NCBI GenBank assembly: GCA_045534225.1
Contig: JAZSJJ010000008.1
Span: 843-64,842, forward strand
DNA: 64,000 nt
Direction: 5' to 3'
Origin: Clostridia bacterium
GTDB lineage: Bacteria; Bacillota; Clostridia; TANB77; CAG-465
Position 1 is the first letter of the stretch. Each line of letters begins with the position of its first letter. The position numbers were made by a program, and so were the translations under genes. A model generated the notes under the pieces. That model ran no database searches. It was not told where the DNA came from and worked only from the letters and a program-made list of their open reading frames with translations. Below are positions 10,101-19,591 of the stretch, piece after piece.

Positions 10101-10745
10101 AAGACAAAACTAGAACAAAGAGCAAGTAAGCTTAAATCTGAGATAAAAGGATTAGGCGAAGTTACAGTAAGTTCAATAGATGAATTTAAAGAACTTAAAG
10201 AACGTGGCGAATTCATATCTAAACAAAAAATAGATCTTGAAGAAACTAAAGCTAAACTTGAAAACTTAATAGACAATACAACGGCAGTAATGAAGACACA
10301 ATTTGCAAGACAATTTAAAGAAATAAATGAAAACTTTAAAGTTGTATTCAAAGAGTTATTCGGTGGTGGTAGAGCAGAACTTAAACTAGTAGACGATAAA
10401 AACATACTAGAAAGTGGAATAGAAATAGAAGCAGAACCACCTGGAAAGAAACTTCAAAACATGTCACTGCTATCTGGTGGAGAAAAAGCTTTAACAGCTA
10501 TAGCAATATTATTTGCAATACTAAAAATAAAAGCACCTCCATTCTGTGTTCTAGACGAAATAGAAGCAGCTCTAGATGACATTAACGTTGCAAGATTTGC
10601 AAGTTATTTAGAAAAATACTCAGATGAGACACAATTTATTGTAATAACACATAGAAAAGGTACAATGGAAGTTGCTACATCAGTATACGGTGTAACAATG
10701 CAAGAATACGGTGTATCTAAACTTGTTTCTATGAAGTTAAAATAA
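7176..10745 (+). CDS. smc: Chromosome segregation protein SMC
   Basis: 1189 aa. N-terminal Walker A GPNGSGKSN, long coiled coils, hinge, and C-terminal signature LSGGEKALTAIAILFAI plus Walker B CVLDEIEAALD. Confidence 0.95.
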   Translation: MQLKRIEVQGFKSFADKTIIEFDGGITTIVGPNGSGKSNISDAVRWVLGEQSAKSLRGSKMEDVIFAGTKHRKMLGLAEVSLVLDNSDHSLPLEFDEVVVTRKVYRSGESEYLINKSNVRLKDIQELFMDTGVGRDGYSIIGQGKIDSIISSKSEDRRSIFEEASGIVKYRTRKDEALRKLEHTNTNLDRVRDILTEIENNLGPLEKKAETAKKYLELKEELKGIDVKLFLNLIDSSKEDMDVLVEKLEALQASIDEKEQEVSTAQRTSDETRVCLEELLQAIETTQEAYYSSLNEIDRLVSKVEAYDDRVALNKENIDKLKEEIAGSDTSIAILEQEIITRSSKKDNLEKNKERFETELKEKQEELKEITANMSDKELEIEELKRTVESLKENISELKLAIATAEMKLETNTKRIESIDKEQRGDISSSDSLRLREEEVRDEFEKIAKTRNTLKDEVESLRVEKTRLEEFFSTFSEKENQYKQGIIETRSKLNYMVNLEAESEGYTRSVKSIIDLSRRNDKYKSHVFGTLASLVTTQEKYEKAIEIAMGGYVQNIVVDKDSMAKDLVNFLKEGALGRATFLPLESIRLYKEDIPAAVKKETGYIGNAIELVKFDSKFEPVVRLALGRTIVVDTIENGIKLSKVSKNSAKIVTLDGEIIATTGSITGGQAQGKQMTLVGRNRKINEYKDRLERLEKEYNDHMKAIEKDKGKYETVVERLNSLSEEYTTVNTNYSVIEERLNAVLRDAVKIKETRKNKEQEKLELESENKDLNWDIEETNKKIDSINEEISKHLEVISEHARFNKEKEERVNFLNEDIMNLKVSLSSFDESEAAIDEMVDKIRQDINSFMASIERKKDLIKEYENTLNESESKNEEDKKAIEELKVKSEELKLEVEKLKEDKAANIAKQSELEKQTFDSMKTLEKLRDEKNKVDAKKNKYDSDTELLKIKMWEEYELTISSAREYNKALDALNELSKTKLEQRASKLKSEIKGLGEVTVSSIDEFKELKERGEFISKQKIDLEETKAKLENLIDNTTAVMKTQFARQFKEINENFKVVFKELFGGGRAELKLVDDKNILESGIEIEAEPPGKKLQNMSLLSGGEKALTAIAILFAILKIKAPPFCVLDEIEAALDDINVARFASYLEKYSDETQFIVITHRKGTMEVATSVYGVTMQEYGVSKLVSMKLK

Positions 10746-10752
10746 TAACAAA

Positions 10753-10782
10753 AAAGACTAAGATTTTTTCTTAGTCTTTTTG
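10753..10782. terminator. Bidirectional terminator
   Basis: AGACTAAG...CTTAGTCT stem with T-runs on both sides. Confidence 0.7.
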
Positions 10783-10791
10783 CTGTTTCAG

Positions 10792-11247
10792 TTATTCAAC
10801 TGCAATGAAGTAATCATCTGTTTCGGTGAAAATGTGATACAGATTGTCCTTCATCTTTTGAAGCTTTGTTACAAATACGGTTGTGTCAATGAATGCAGGG
10901 CCGTTGTCGCTCAAGTTTACGATAGAGATGTTAAGCGGTGCGTTTTGAATGGGTGTGTCTGTAGCAAAAGCGTAGGGGAGTTCAGAACCGGCGTAATGAA
11001 GTGCGTTGAAGGCAATGTATCTGCAGGGACCAGTATTTATCATGCTGTATGTCTCAGATGCAAAGTCGATGGAAAGAAGACCATCGGTAAAGAATGCTTC
11101 AAACTTTCCGCTCTTTGAAGCGAGCTCAAATACCTGTACTTTTTTGCCAATAGACAATGTGTCTTGGAAGAACAAAACAATCTTCCAGTCCTTCTTAAAT
11201 AACTTCTGATTGCGCTTTTCTGTGATGAATTTCTCCGTCTTAGTCAT
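10792..11247 (-). CDS. Hypothetical protein, atypical composition (GC ~42%)
   Basis: 151 aa ORF, much more GC-rich than its neighbours. No recognisable domain. Confidence 0.5.
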   Translation of the reverse strand: MTKTEKFITEKRNQKLFKKDWKIVLFFQDTLSIGKKVQVFELASKSGKFEAFFTDGLLSIDFASETYSMINTGPCRYIAFNALHYAGSELPYAFATDTPIQNAPLNISIVNLSDNGPAFIDTTVFVTKLQKMKDNLYHIFTETDDYFIAVE

Positions 11248-11462
11248 AAAACCTCCATAAAAAATTATTTTTTGAATATACGTTATTAACAGAAAGTATT
11301 ATATCATAAGGTTTATTAAAAAGCAAGGTAACATAAAAAAGAGAAGAGACCTTAGTCTCTTCAGGGGTAATAATATAAAATAAATATTTGAGGGTATATA
11401 AAGGTAATATGTATTACTATTCTGTAATACAACTAAATTATATTACTAATATATATTTTGTA

Positions 11463-11514
11463 TTGTCGAAAAATATACTGTGTTTGCAAAAAGAAAGACT
11501 AATTTTGTCGAAAA
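11463..11514. promoter_or_regulatory. Two TTGTCGAAAAA direct repeats (each contains a perfect Spo0A-box-like TGTCGAA)
   Basis: Identical 11-mers at 11463 and 11504, lying upstream (on the - strand) of the 10792-11247 ORF. The 0A box consensus TGNCGAA is established knowledge. Actual binding here is inferred. Confidence 0.35.
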
Positions 11515-11515
11515 A

Positions 11516-11539
11516 ATAACAGGTTTTTAAACCTGTTAT
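11516..11539. terminator. Perfect palindromic terminator ATAACAGGTTTTTAAACCTGTTAT
   Basis: The palindrome overlaps the stop codon of the - strand ORF 11536-12015. A T-run follows on the - strand. Confidence 0.6.
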
Positions 11540-12015
11540 TTCTTTTCACCACGGATGAAAAGGTAGTAAGCTTTGCCAGCAAGAGTAATTGCGTAGTATA
11601 AATCTTTATCCAGAATTTTAACAGACGAAATCTTATCCATAACATGTGGAATTTCATACGGTTTGTTTTCTTTAATAGCCATAACAGAAATATATGGTTC
11701 GGTTTCTGTTTTAGGGATTTCGGGAATAAAACCAATAGATGTATGAATACGTCTGTAAACTTTAGGATTCATACAAAGATGGAACGACTCAAATGGGTTG
11801 CTTATTAAATAAAGACCATCTTCGATGGTTTGGACTAATGCGCTAGGTTTTAGGAATGTTTTTGCTACGATGTTGTAATGAATAAAAAGTGTGGTACACT
11901 TAAATTTCCGACCTGTTTTTGGCTCCTTATCCGCAAAAGCTAAATGCCATTTCTTTGTCTTTTCATAAGCAATTGCTTCTTTAAAGATCCTATCATCTTC
12001 TTTTCCTTTTTTCAT
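11536..12015 (-). CDS. Hypothetical protein, atypical composition (GC ~37%)
   Basis: 159 aa with a Lys-rich N-terminus and no recognisable motif. RBS GGAGGAA before the ATG. Confidence 0.5.
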   Translation of the reverse strand: MKKGKEDDRIFKEAIAYEKTKKWHLAFADKEPKTGRKFKCTTLFIHYNIVAKTFLKPSALVQTIEDGLYLISNPFESFHLCMNPKVYRRIHTSIGFIPEIPKTETEPYISVMAIKENKPYEIPHVMDKISSVKILDKDLYYAITLAGKAYYLFIRGEKK

Positions 12016-12307
12016 AATTCCTCCTGTTCAAAATTATTTTTACATAGAATATTAAAAGCTTTTTTAGTATAACATTTAGTGGTGTAAAAGTCAAATAAGG
12101 AGTAGCTAGATAATAGCTACTCCATGAGAGTAATATATTTAATATATTATTAAAAAAGGATTTATGAAAAAGGTAAATGTACTCTATTGTGAATACACCT
12201 AAATTATAGTATAATACTAGCAAAATAGATGTCGAAATATATATGTGTATATTAAAAGAAAAGTCACATATTGTAAAAATAGCAAACATATAAAAGAGGG
12301 TAAGTAA

Positions 12308-13636
12308 ATGGAGAAAGTAGTAAATGTAATTGGTGCTGGTTTAGCAGGCAGCGAATGTGCATATATATTAAGCAAAAATGGAATAAAAGTAAGGCTTTAT
12401 GAAATGAAACCAAAAAAGAAAAGTCCAGCTCATGTATCAGATAAATTTGGAGAGTTAGTATGTAGTAATTCTCTTAAATCTGAGCTTTTAACAAATGCAT
12501 GTGGACTTCTTAAAGAAGAAATGAGGAGACTAGGAAGTCTTTTTGTAGAAGCTGCATATAGTTCAAAAGTTCCAGCAGGAAATGCTTTAGCAGTAGATAG
12601 AGAAAAGTTTGCAGAATATATAACAAATAAAATTAAAGCAGAGAAGAACATTGAGATTGTTTATGAAGAAGTAGAAGATATAAATAATTTAGAAGGTATA
12701 ACTGTAATAGCAACAGGACCTTTAACAAGTGATAGCCTATCTAAAAGTATAGCTAAACTTGTTGGTGATGAAGGACTATACTTTTATGATGCAGCAGCAC
12801 CAATAATAACTAAAGAAAGTATAGATATGACTAAAGCATACAGAAAAGATAGATATGGAGAAGTTGGAGTGGGAGACTACTTAAATTTAGCTATGTCTAA
12901 AGAAGAATATGATGTATTTTATAACGCTTTAATAAATGCAGAAAGTGCAAATCGTCATGAGTTTGATACTTTAGAAAATATAGAACATTTCGAAGGGTGT
13001 ATGCCAGTAGAATCTTTAGCAAGACGTGGAGAACAAACTTTAGTATTTGGACCATTAAAACCAGTTGGTTTGTATAAAGAAGACGGAACAAAACCATATG
13101 CAGTACTTCAACTTAGAGCAGAAGATGAAGAAGAAACTATGTTTAATCTAGTTGGCTTCCAAACAAGTCTAAAATTTAGTGAACAAAAAAGAGTATTTAG
13201 TTTAATTCCTGGTTTAGAGAATATGGAATTCTTACGTTATGGGGTAATGCATAGAAATACATACATAAACGGCCCTAAAACGCTAAATAAAGACTTTAGA
13301 ATGAGAGATAATAAAAGAATATACTTCGCAGGACAAATAAGCGGAGTGGAAGGCTACGTTGAATCTGCAGCTAGTGGACTTATGGTAGCGTATAATATAA
13401 TTGAAAGCTTTAAGACAGATAAAGATGAGTTAGGCCTATTTGATGAAGTAACAATTCTAGGTGCACTTAGTAAATATGTAAGTACAGAAAACAAAGACTA
13501 TGCGCCAATGAATGCTAACTTTGGAATTGTACCACCACTAGAGAATAAAATTAAAGATAAAAAAGAAAGATATACTATTTATGCAAGTAGATCTTTAGAA
13601 AAAATAGAGGAGTTTGTAAATGAGCATATTAGATGA
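12308..13636 (+). CDS. trmFO: Methylenetetrahydrofolate--tRNA-(uracil54-C5)-methyltransferase TrmFO
   Basis: 442 aa. N-terminal FAD motif VIGAGLAGSE and a conserved GidA-small-type sequence throughout. Confidence 0.9.
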   Translation: MEKVVNVIGAGLAGSECAYILSKNGIKVRLYEMKPKKKSPAHVSDKFGELVCSNSLKSELLTNACGLLKEEMRRLGSLFVEAAYSSKVPAGNALAVDREKFAEYITNKIKAEKNIEIVYEEVEDINNLEGITVIATGPLTSDSLSKSIAKLVGDEGLYFYDAAAPIITKESIDMTKAYRKDRYGEVGVGDYLNLAMSKEEYDVFYNALINAESANRHEFDTLENIEHFEGCMPVESLARRGEQTLVFGPLKPVGLYKEDGTKPYAVLQLRAEDEEETMFNLVGFQTSLKFSEQKRVFSLIPGLENMEFLRYGVMHRNTYINGPKTLNKDFRMRDNKRIYFAGQISGVEGYVESAASGLMVAYNIIESFKTDKDELGLFDEVTILGALSKYVSTENKDYAPMNANFGIVPPLENKIKDKKERYTIYASRSLEKIEEFVNEHIR

Positions 13637-14582
13637 TCATATAAAAAATAACAGTGTAAAAGGATTATATCTATTATATGGTGATGAAAAGTACGACATA
13701 GAACGATACATAGATAAAATGAAGAAAACATTTTCTAACTTGGAGCTAGGAATAAATTTCTTTGTTTTAGATAAAACTAATATAGATACATTATCTGATG
13801 CGATAGAAAGTGTTTCGTTTTTCGGTTTAGAAAAGTTGATAGTAATAAAAAATGTAGGATTGAAGTTCAAAAAAGAAGCTATAGAAAATATTTCTAATCC
13901 AGAAGTTGCAGTGGTTTTTGTAGAGGATAGTGTGGATAAAAGAACCGCAGAATATAAGTATTTATCTAAAAATGCTGTTTGCCAAGAGTTTGCTAAACTA
14001 AATGCAAAAGATGCAGCGTTTTATGTAGTAAGAACATTAAATTCGTATAAGATAAAAGTAAAAGACAGTACTGCAGAATATATGGTTAGTGTTTGTACAG
14101 AAGACAAACAAACATTAATAAATGAGTTCAAAAAAATAGTAGCATATTTAGAGCCTGGTAGCGAACTAACCAAAGAAGTAATTGACGAAATATGTACAAG
14201 AACTTTAGATGCTAAAATTTTTGATTTAACAGATATGGTTTTAGCTAAAAAGAAAAAAGAAGCATTAAAAATATTAGAAGATATGTTAGCTCAAAAGACA
14301 TACCCAGGGATAATAACAGGTATGTTATATAAGCAAATGAAGCAGATGTATATGATTAAGCTTTTAGAAGAAAAGATAAGAAAAGAAGGATATAACACAA
14401 ATATTGCAACAGAACTTGGAATTCATCCATTTGTGTTTTCTAAATTGAAGACGGCGAGTGCAAATTATACTATTAAAGAAATAGAAAACATACTTTTAGA
14501 ATTTGAAGAATATGATTGTGCTAGCAAGACAGGTAGGATGGATATAGAAAAGGGACTAAAAAGATTAATATTAGGTATGTAA
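13620..14582 (+). CDS. holA: DNA polymerase III delta subunit
   Basis: 320 aa with the N-terminal LYLLYGDE motif typical of HolA. Sits upstream of gpr, as in Bacillus and Clostridium. Overlaps the trmFO stop by 17 nt. Confidence 0.7.
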   Translation: MSILDDHIKNNSVKGLYLLYGDEKYDIERYIDKMKKTFSNLELGINFFVLDKTNIDTLSDAIESVSFFGLEKLIVIKNVGLKFKKEAIENISNPEVAVVFVEDSVDKRTAEYKYLSKNAVCQEFAKLNAKDAAFYVVRTLNSYKIKVKDSTAEYMVSVCTEDKQTLINEFKKIVAYLEPGSELTKEVIDEICTRTLDAKIFDLTDMVLAKKKKEALKILEDMLAQKTYPGIITGMLYKQMKQMYMIKLLEEKIRKEGYNTNIATELGIHPFVFSKLKTASANYTIKEIENILLEFEEYDCASKTGRMDIEKGLKRLILGM

Positions 14583-14702
14583 TGAAATATGGCGAGTTGT
14601 AGACATAAAACTGCAAAAACTATTGACTTTCGTTAAGAATTATGTTAAACTAATATTGCGTAGTTTAGCAATATAAAAATTCTTAATAGGAGGTTTAGTA
14701 CC

Positions 14703-15377
14703 GTGAAAATTCTGGGAACTGAGAAGCAGAAATACGCTAACTGCTTGTTTTCAGTAAACGTCGTTGATAGTTTAGACTCATTTTATACTACTCTTGTCAA
14801 AAAGGGTTTCTTTGGAAGCGCGGATTATAAAAAGCGGACTTTCACTAATGGCACGTTAGAAAAAGTTTTTGTTGAAAATGCAAATGCATACTGTAAAGTG
14901 AAATTTAAGGTTATCGAGGGCGATTATCTTGTAATCATGGATGAAAACGATAACATTACTATATATATAACTGAACAATATGTAGGCCTGGTACAGGTCA
15001 AAAACAAAACTGTGCAAACGGTGATTGACGAATATTATGCCACTATGCGTGGTAGAATCGATTCCAAGAGAGAATTTGCAAGAGAGATGGGAGCTATTTC
15101 AAGAAGAATTAATATTCCTTTCCATATCGTTATGGCATTCAAGGGAAATGAAGAACTTCTTATGCAGCTCACAAGAAACATTGAGGATGCAATCTCACAA
15201 CGGCGCAACGAAGACAAAAGCTTTATGTCGGCGCTTGGCGGTAACAATTTCGCAGCACGAATGAAAGCAATCGAGACTTTGGGAATTACCAATATCCCTG
15301 AATATCAATCGGAGAAGATCGCAAAGTATCTTCACGAATGTCTCGAAAAACGAAAGATTATTCGTAGATTCGAATAG
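14703..15377 (+). CDS. Hypothetical protein, atypical composition (GC ~42%), GTG start
   Basis: 224 aa. AGGAGG RBS 8 nt before the GTG. No recognisable domain. Occupies the slot where rpsT is normally found between holA and gpr. Confidence 0.55.
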   Translation: MKILGTEKQKYANCLFSVNVVDSLDSFYTTLVKKGFFGSADYKKRTFTNGTLEKVFVENANAYCKVKFKVIEGDYLVIMDENDNITIYITEQYVGLVQVKNKTVQTVIDEYYATMRGRIDSKREFAREMGAISRRINIPFHIVMAFKGNEELLMQLTRNIEDAISQRRNEDKSFMSALGGNNFAARMKAIETLGITNIPEYQSEKIAKYLHECLEKRKIIRRFE

Positions 15378-15434
15378 TCACTATACTTATAAAAAACACC
15401 TTTTTAATACATAATATTAAAGAGGTGTTTTTTT

Positions 15435-16301
15435 ATGCAAAATAATAAATTTAAATATATAACAGATATGGCAGATGAAAGGGTAGACGAATATAAGAAG
15501 ACATATAACTTAAGTTACATTGATGGAATAAAAGTTGAATCGGCAAATAATAAAACACACAACATAACTACGGTAGAAGTGTTGGATACAAATGGCAAGC
15601 AAGCGCTCGGTAAAGATATAGGAAAGTATATTACATTAGAAATAAAAAATGTATTAACGTTAGAGGATAATGAGATAGAAGATATAACCGATACATTAAG
15701 TAAAGCACTAGTAGGATTAATAGAAAATAATGTAAACAAAGTTATGGTTGTAGGGCTAGGTAATGAAATGGTTACAGCAGACTCACTAGGGCCGAAGGTT
15801 ATTAAGAATATAAATGTAACTAGACATGTAATTAAATATATGAAGGAATTAGTAGAACCGGGAACTAGAGAAATAACAGCATTAACACCTGGGGTTTTAG
15901 GAACAACAGGAATTGAAACAGAAGAAATAATAGAAGGTGTGGTAGAAAAAATAGAACCGGATTTAATAATTGTTATAGACAGCTTAGCCTCTCAAAGTAT
16001 TACTAGAATTGGAACTACAATACAAATGGGAAATACGGGAATAACACCTGGTGCTGGAGTTGGAAACAAAAGAAAAGTGTTAAACAAAGGTACATTAAAA
16101 GTGCCTGTAATAGCGATAGGTGTACCAACAGTTGTAAATGCAAGTGTATTATTAAAAGAAATGCTAGATAAGCTAAACATATCTAGTGTAAGAAAGAATA
16201 AAAAGTTGTGCAACAATATGGTAGTAACACCAAAAGAAATAGATAGCTTAATAACAAAGATGACTAGAATAATATCTGACTCAATAAATGCTGCAATATA
16301 A
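15435..16301 (+). CDS. gpr: Germination protease (spore endopeptidase)
   Basis: 288 aa. Conserved GPR blocks VVGLGN, TGIETEEII, DSLAS, GNKRKVLNKGTLKVPVIAIGVPTVV and MVVTPKEIDSLI. Confidence 0.85.
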   Translation: MQNNKFKYITDMADERVDEYKKTYNLSYIDGIKVESANNKTHNITTVEVLDTNGKQALGKDIGKYITLEIKNVLTLEDNEIEDITDTLSKALVGLIENNVNKVMVVGLGNEMVTADSLGPKVIKNINVTRHVIKYMKELVEPGTREITALTPGVLGTTGIETEEIIEGVVEKIEPDLIIVIDSLASQSITRIGTTIQMGNTGITPGAGVGNKRKVLNKGTLKVPVIAIGVPTVVNASVLLKEMLDKLNISSVRKNKKLCNNMVVTPKEIDSLITKMTRIISDSINAAI

Positions 16302-16319
16302 AATATGTTAAATAAAAGA

Positions 16320-16354
16320 AAAACGAGATAATTGATGCTAATTATCTCGTTTTA
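16320..16354 (+). terminator. gpr terminator
   Basis: 14-bp perfect stem AAAACGAGATAATT/AATTATCTCGTTTT. Confidence 0.75.
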
Positions 16355-16367
16355 TGGTATTATTCAT

Positions 16368-17006
16368 ATGAGGTTGAATATGAGAAAAATAGCAAAAGAT
16401 ATAAAAAGTGAAAATAAAAGCAAAAAACATATAGATAAATTGTTAATAATATTAGGCTCAATGATAGTTGCATTAGGATTATTTAGTATACATTCAAGAT
16501 GTGGAATTGCAGAAGGCGGACAACTTGGAGTAGAGCTGTTGTTTTTTAACCTTTTGGGAATAAGTCCGGGAATAGTTTCGGTAATAATAGATGCAACAGC
16601 ATATATAATAGGAAGCCTCTTATTTGGAAAGAAATTTTTCTTTAATGCAATACTAGGCACAGTATCTTACTCTGGTTTTTATTTATTATTTGAGAATGTA
16701 CCAATATCCTTTCCAAATTTATCTAACAATTTGTTGTTGGCGTCAATAATAGGTGGAATAATGGTTGGTATAGGATGTGGAATTGTAATAAGAAATAATG
16801 GTGCTTGCGGCGGGGATGATGCGGTAGCATTAATAATATCTAAATTATCTAAACTACCAATAGCAATTAGTTATTTGTTATTAGATATAATAGTAATATT
16901 ACTTTCACTTACTTATATAGATTTGAGCAACATTATTTATTCGTTCATAACTGCAACTATTTCGTCAATGCTAATAGGTTGTATAGCAAAAGGAAAAGAT
17001 AAATAA
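16368..17006 (+). CDS. YczE/YitT-like integral membrane protein (DUF161-like)
   Basis: About 212 aa with 6 predicted TM segments and a GGDDAV motif. Start moved downstream of the gpr terminator to an ATG at 16368 (alternative 16380). Confidence 0.45.
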   Translation: MRLNMRKIAKDIKSENKSKKHIDKLLIILGSMIVALGLFSIHSRCGIAEGGQLGVELLFFNLLGISPGIVSVIIDATAYIIGSLLFGKKFFFNAILGTVSYSGFYLLFENVPISFPNLSNNLLLASIIGGIMVGIGCGIVIRNNGACGGDDAVALIISKLSKLPIAISYLLLDIIVILLSLTYIDLSNIIYSFITATISSMLIGCIAKGKDK

Positions 17007-17060
17007 TAGTTGTAACATGTATGGTTTTATGGTATAACCTTTAACATAAGAGAGGGAAAA

Positions 17061-17723
17061 ATGAAAGTTAAAGTAAATGATGTAGTTTTAAATTACGATG
17101 TAGTAGGTACGGGTTATCCAATTATATTACTTCATGGTAATGGAGAAAACTACACAATATTTAATAAATTAATAGAAAAGTTGCAAGAAGATTACACTGT
17201 GTATGCGGTAGATAGTCGTTCACATGGTGATAGTGAAGATACGGAGGAAGTCTCCTATGAATTAATGGCAGAAGATATAATTCAGTTTATAAAAGAATTA
17301 AATATAGAAAATCCTATGCTTTATGGATTTAGCGATGGTGGTATAGTAGGATTGTTAATTGCGATAAAGGAACCAGAACTTTTATCTAAACTAATAGTAA
17401 GTGGTGTAAATATAAATCCTAAAGGCCTAAAAAATGGTACATATATTGGGTGTAAAATTGCATCTCTGCTTACTAAGAATAAGTTAATAAAAATGATGGT
17501 AAATGAACCTAATATACAATTAGCAGAATTAAATAAGATAAAAGTGCCAACTACATTACTTGTTGGAGATAGAGATTGTATAAAATTATCTCATACTAAA
17601 TTAATACATAGGAATATACCAAATAGTAAATTAGAAGTAGTAAAAAGAGCAGGACACTCTAATTACATAATTGGAAAAGATAGAATATATCACATATTGA
17701 AGAAATACATTGAAAATACATAA
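17061..17723 (+). CDS. Alpha/beta-fold hydrolase
   Basis: 220 aa. HGNGEN oxyanion region, GFSDGG nucleophile elbow (GxSxG), and C-terminal Asp/His. Confidence 0.75.
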   Translation: MKVKVNDVVLNYDVVGTGYPIILLHGNGENYTIFNKLIEKLQEDYTVYAVDSRSHGDSEDTEEVSYELMAEDIIQFIKELNIENPMLYGFSDGGIVGLLIAIKEPELLSKLIVSGVNINPKGLKNGTYIGCKIASLLTKNKLIKMMVNEPNIQLAELNKIKVPTTLLVGDRDCIKLSHTKLIHRNIPNSKLEVVKRAGHSNYIIGKDRIYHILKKYIENT

Positions 17724-17761
17724 GAAAAAGTGTATAATTGCACTGAAAGAAGGGGTATTAA

Positions 17762-19036
17762 ATGAAGAAGAAAATAGTAGCAATTTTATTTGTATTTGTT
17801 TTGATGTTAACAACATTTAGCAATACATATGGGATAGAATTATTAAATGTGGAGGTATATGAAACAGCCTATAGATTAAGTAAAGACAATGATATAAACC
17901 TACCATTTATAAATGTTTTTGATAAAAGTGCCACATACGATAAAACGGTAAAACATTCTGGAATAACATTTGGCGAAACTACAATAGATGTAGAAGATAA
18001 ATTAGAAGGTATACATGCTATTCTTACCGGAGACATGGTTACAATAAAAGGCGAAATAGAACATGGCGTTATACTAGCTAATAATGTTGTTATTGAGGGA
18101 AAAATATCAGATGATACTATAATAATAGCAGAAACTGTTAAAATAACAGAAAAAGCGGTTGTAGAAAGAGATATACTTGTAATTGCAACAGATTTAGATG
18201 TATTAGGTACAGTTAAAGGTAACTTGATAGCAGTTTCAACTGATGCAAAAGTCTCAGGCGTAATAGAGCAAGATTTAAGAATAGTAACAGGTACTTTAAA
18301 TTTAGAAAACAGCACAATAAAAGGCAAACTAGAAGCGGAAGTGGATTTTGAAGGAGTAAAAAAAGACATATTAACTGCTTATCCAGAAGCTGTAGTTGCA
18401 TTAGATGTTAAGGAAGATAATAGTGTAAATATAGTAAGAATAGTTCTTAAAGGAATTAAAACTGTGCTTGTATATACATTTATAGCAGCAGTAATAACTA
18501 AGAAGAATAAATCAGTAGCAACAAAAATGTCAGCAAGATTTATGGAAAATTCAACATTCGGAATTTTATCTTCAGCTGCAGTATTAACATTAGCACCATT
18601 ATTATTAATTGTATTAACATTTGCAGGAGTAGTAGGATTAGGAATAATTGCATGGCCAGTATTAATAATATTTACAGCAGTAATATTATTAGCTCTAGTA
18701 ACAAGTCAATTAATAGTTGGATTGTTTATTTACGAAGTAATTAAGAAAAAAGCAAGTAAATATAGAATACCAGCATTAGCAGTAATATATACAGTGCTAT
18801 TTGCATTAACACAAATACCAGTAATATATTCTTATGCAATAGTAGCAATATCTTTAGTAGCTTTAGGAATTGTATTAACATATATATTTAAGAAAAACGA
18901 AACTTCAGAGTTTATTGATGCAAGTGAAGATAAAGTAGTAAAAATGGAAGATACAAACAAAGATAAAGAAGTAGAAGAAACAGTAGAACAAAAAGATAAT
19001 TCAAAGAAAAAGAATAAGAAAAATAAAAAGAAATAA
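17762..19036 (+). CDS. Membrane protein with extracytoplasmic beta-helix-like repeats and poly-Lys tail
   Basis: 424 aa. Signal peptide, repetitive V/I-x-G stretches suggesting a DUF4097/bactofilin-like beta-helix, four C-terminal TM helices, and a [10 protein letters not shown] tail. Confidence 0.5.
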   Translation: MKKKIVAILFVFVLMLTTFSNTYGIELLNVEVYETAYRLSKDNDINLPFINVFDKSATYDKTVKHSGITFGETTIDVEDKLEGIHAILTGDMVTIKGEIEHGVILANNVVIEGKISDDTIIIAETVKITEKAVVERDILVIATDLDVLGTVKGNLIAVSTDAKVSGVIEQDLRIVTGTLNLENSTIKGKLEAEVDFEGVKKDILTAYPEAVVALDVKEDNSVNIVRIVLKGIKTVLVYTFIAAVITKKNKSVATKMSARFMENSTFGILSSAAVLTLAPLLLIVLTFAGVVGLGIIAWPVLIIFTAVILLALVTSQLIVGLFIYEVIKKKASKYRIPALAVIYTVLFALTQIPVIYSYAIVAISLVALGIVLTYIFKKNETSEFIDASEDKVVKMEDTNKDKEVEETVEQKDNSKKKNKKNKKK

Positions 19037-19046
19037 TAGAATAATA

Positions 19047-19072
19047 AAAGGGGACATATGTCCTCTTTTTTG
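19047..19072 (+). terminator. Terminator (AGGGGACATATGTCCTCT + T-run)
   Basis: Hairpin followed by T6. Confidence 0.7.
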
Positions 19073-19133
19073 TAACACCAATATAAAAGATACATACAAT
19101 ATACTAGATGTGAAAACATCTAGAAAGGCAGAC

Positions 19134-19547
19134 ATGAATATGAATAGATGCTGTAGAAACCAAGGAATGTATGGAAACCAAGGATGCCAATCTACTGGCT
19201 CGCAATATTGTAATTATGATACAACAATAGTAAGTTATGTTGAAGGACCGGTTGGACCGCAAGGGCCAATGGGTAGACCGGGACCAGCAGGACCAGCAGG
19301 ACCTCAAGGTCCAGCGGGTCCAGTTGGACCACAAGGACCTCAAGGAGTACCGGGGGCAGTAGGCGCAACGGGTGCTACTGGAGCAACAGGCCCAGCAGGA
19401 GCAGATGGTTTAACACCAGTACTAACAATAGGAACTGTAACAACAGGTGCGCCTGGTACGCCAGCTGAAGCTACAATAACAGGAACGGCGCCAAACTTTG
19501 TGTTAAACTTAACAATTCCACAAGGTGAACCAGGAACAACAGTCTAA
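19134..19547 (+). CDS. Collagen-like triple-helix repeat protein (BclA-like exosporium-type)
   Basis: About 28 uninterrupted GXX triplets ([55 protein letters not shown]), a Cys-rich N-terminus and a short C-terminus. ATG at 19134 has an AAAGG RBS. The GTG at 19110 given by the ORF track has none. Confidence 0.7.
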   Translation: MNMNRCCRNQGMYGNQGCQSTGSQYCNYDTTIVSYVEGPVGPQGPMGRPGPAGPAGPQGPAGPVGPQGPQGVPGAVGATGATGATGPAGADGLTPVLTIGTVTTGAPGTPAEATITGTAPNFVLNLTIPQGEPGTTV

Positions 19548-19591
19548 GCGTAATAAATTAATGTTTTTTACCACAAAATGGCTGAAAATGC

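Noticed and set aside
7182-10405. Many long minus-strand ORFs inside smc, infB, the ATPase and other genes (e.g. 9371-10405, 22339-23034)
   Set aside because: Their Ser/Leu/Phe-rich low-complexity translations are the expected shadow of purine-rich (GAA/AAA) coding strands, and they have no RBS. Treated as antisense artefacts.
19104-19343. Minus-strand ORF overlapping the collagen-like gene, and the GTG start at 19110 proposed by the ORF track
   Set aside because: The GXX repeat periodicity marks the plus frame as coding. GTG 19110 has no RBS, whereas ATG 19134 has an AAAGG RBS at proper spacing.
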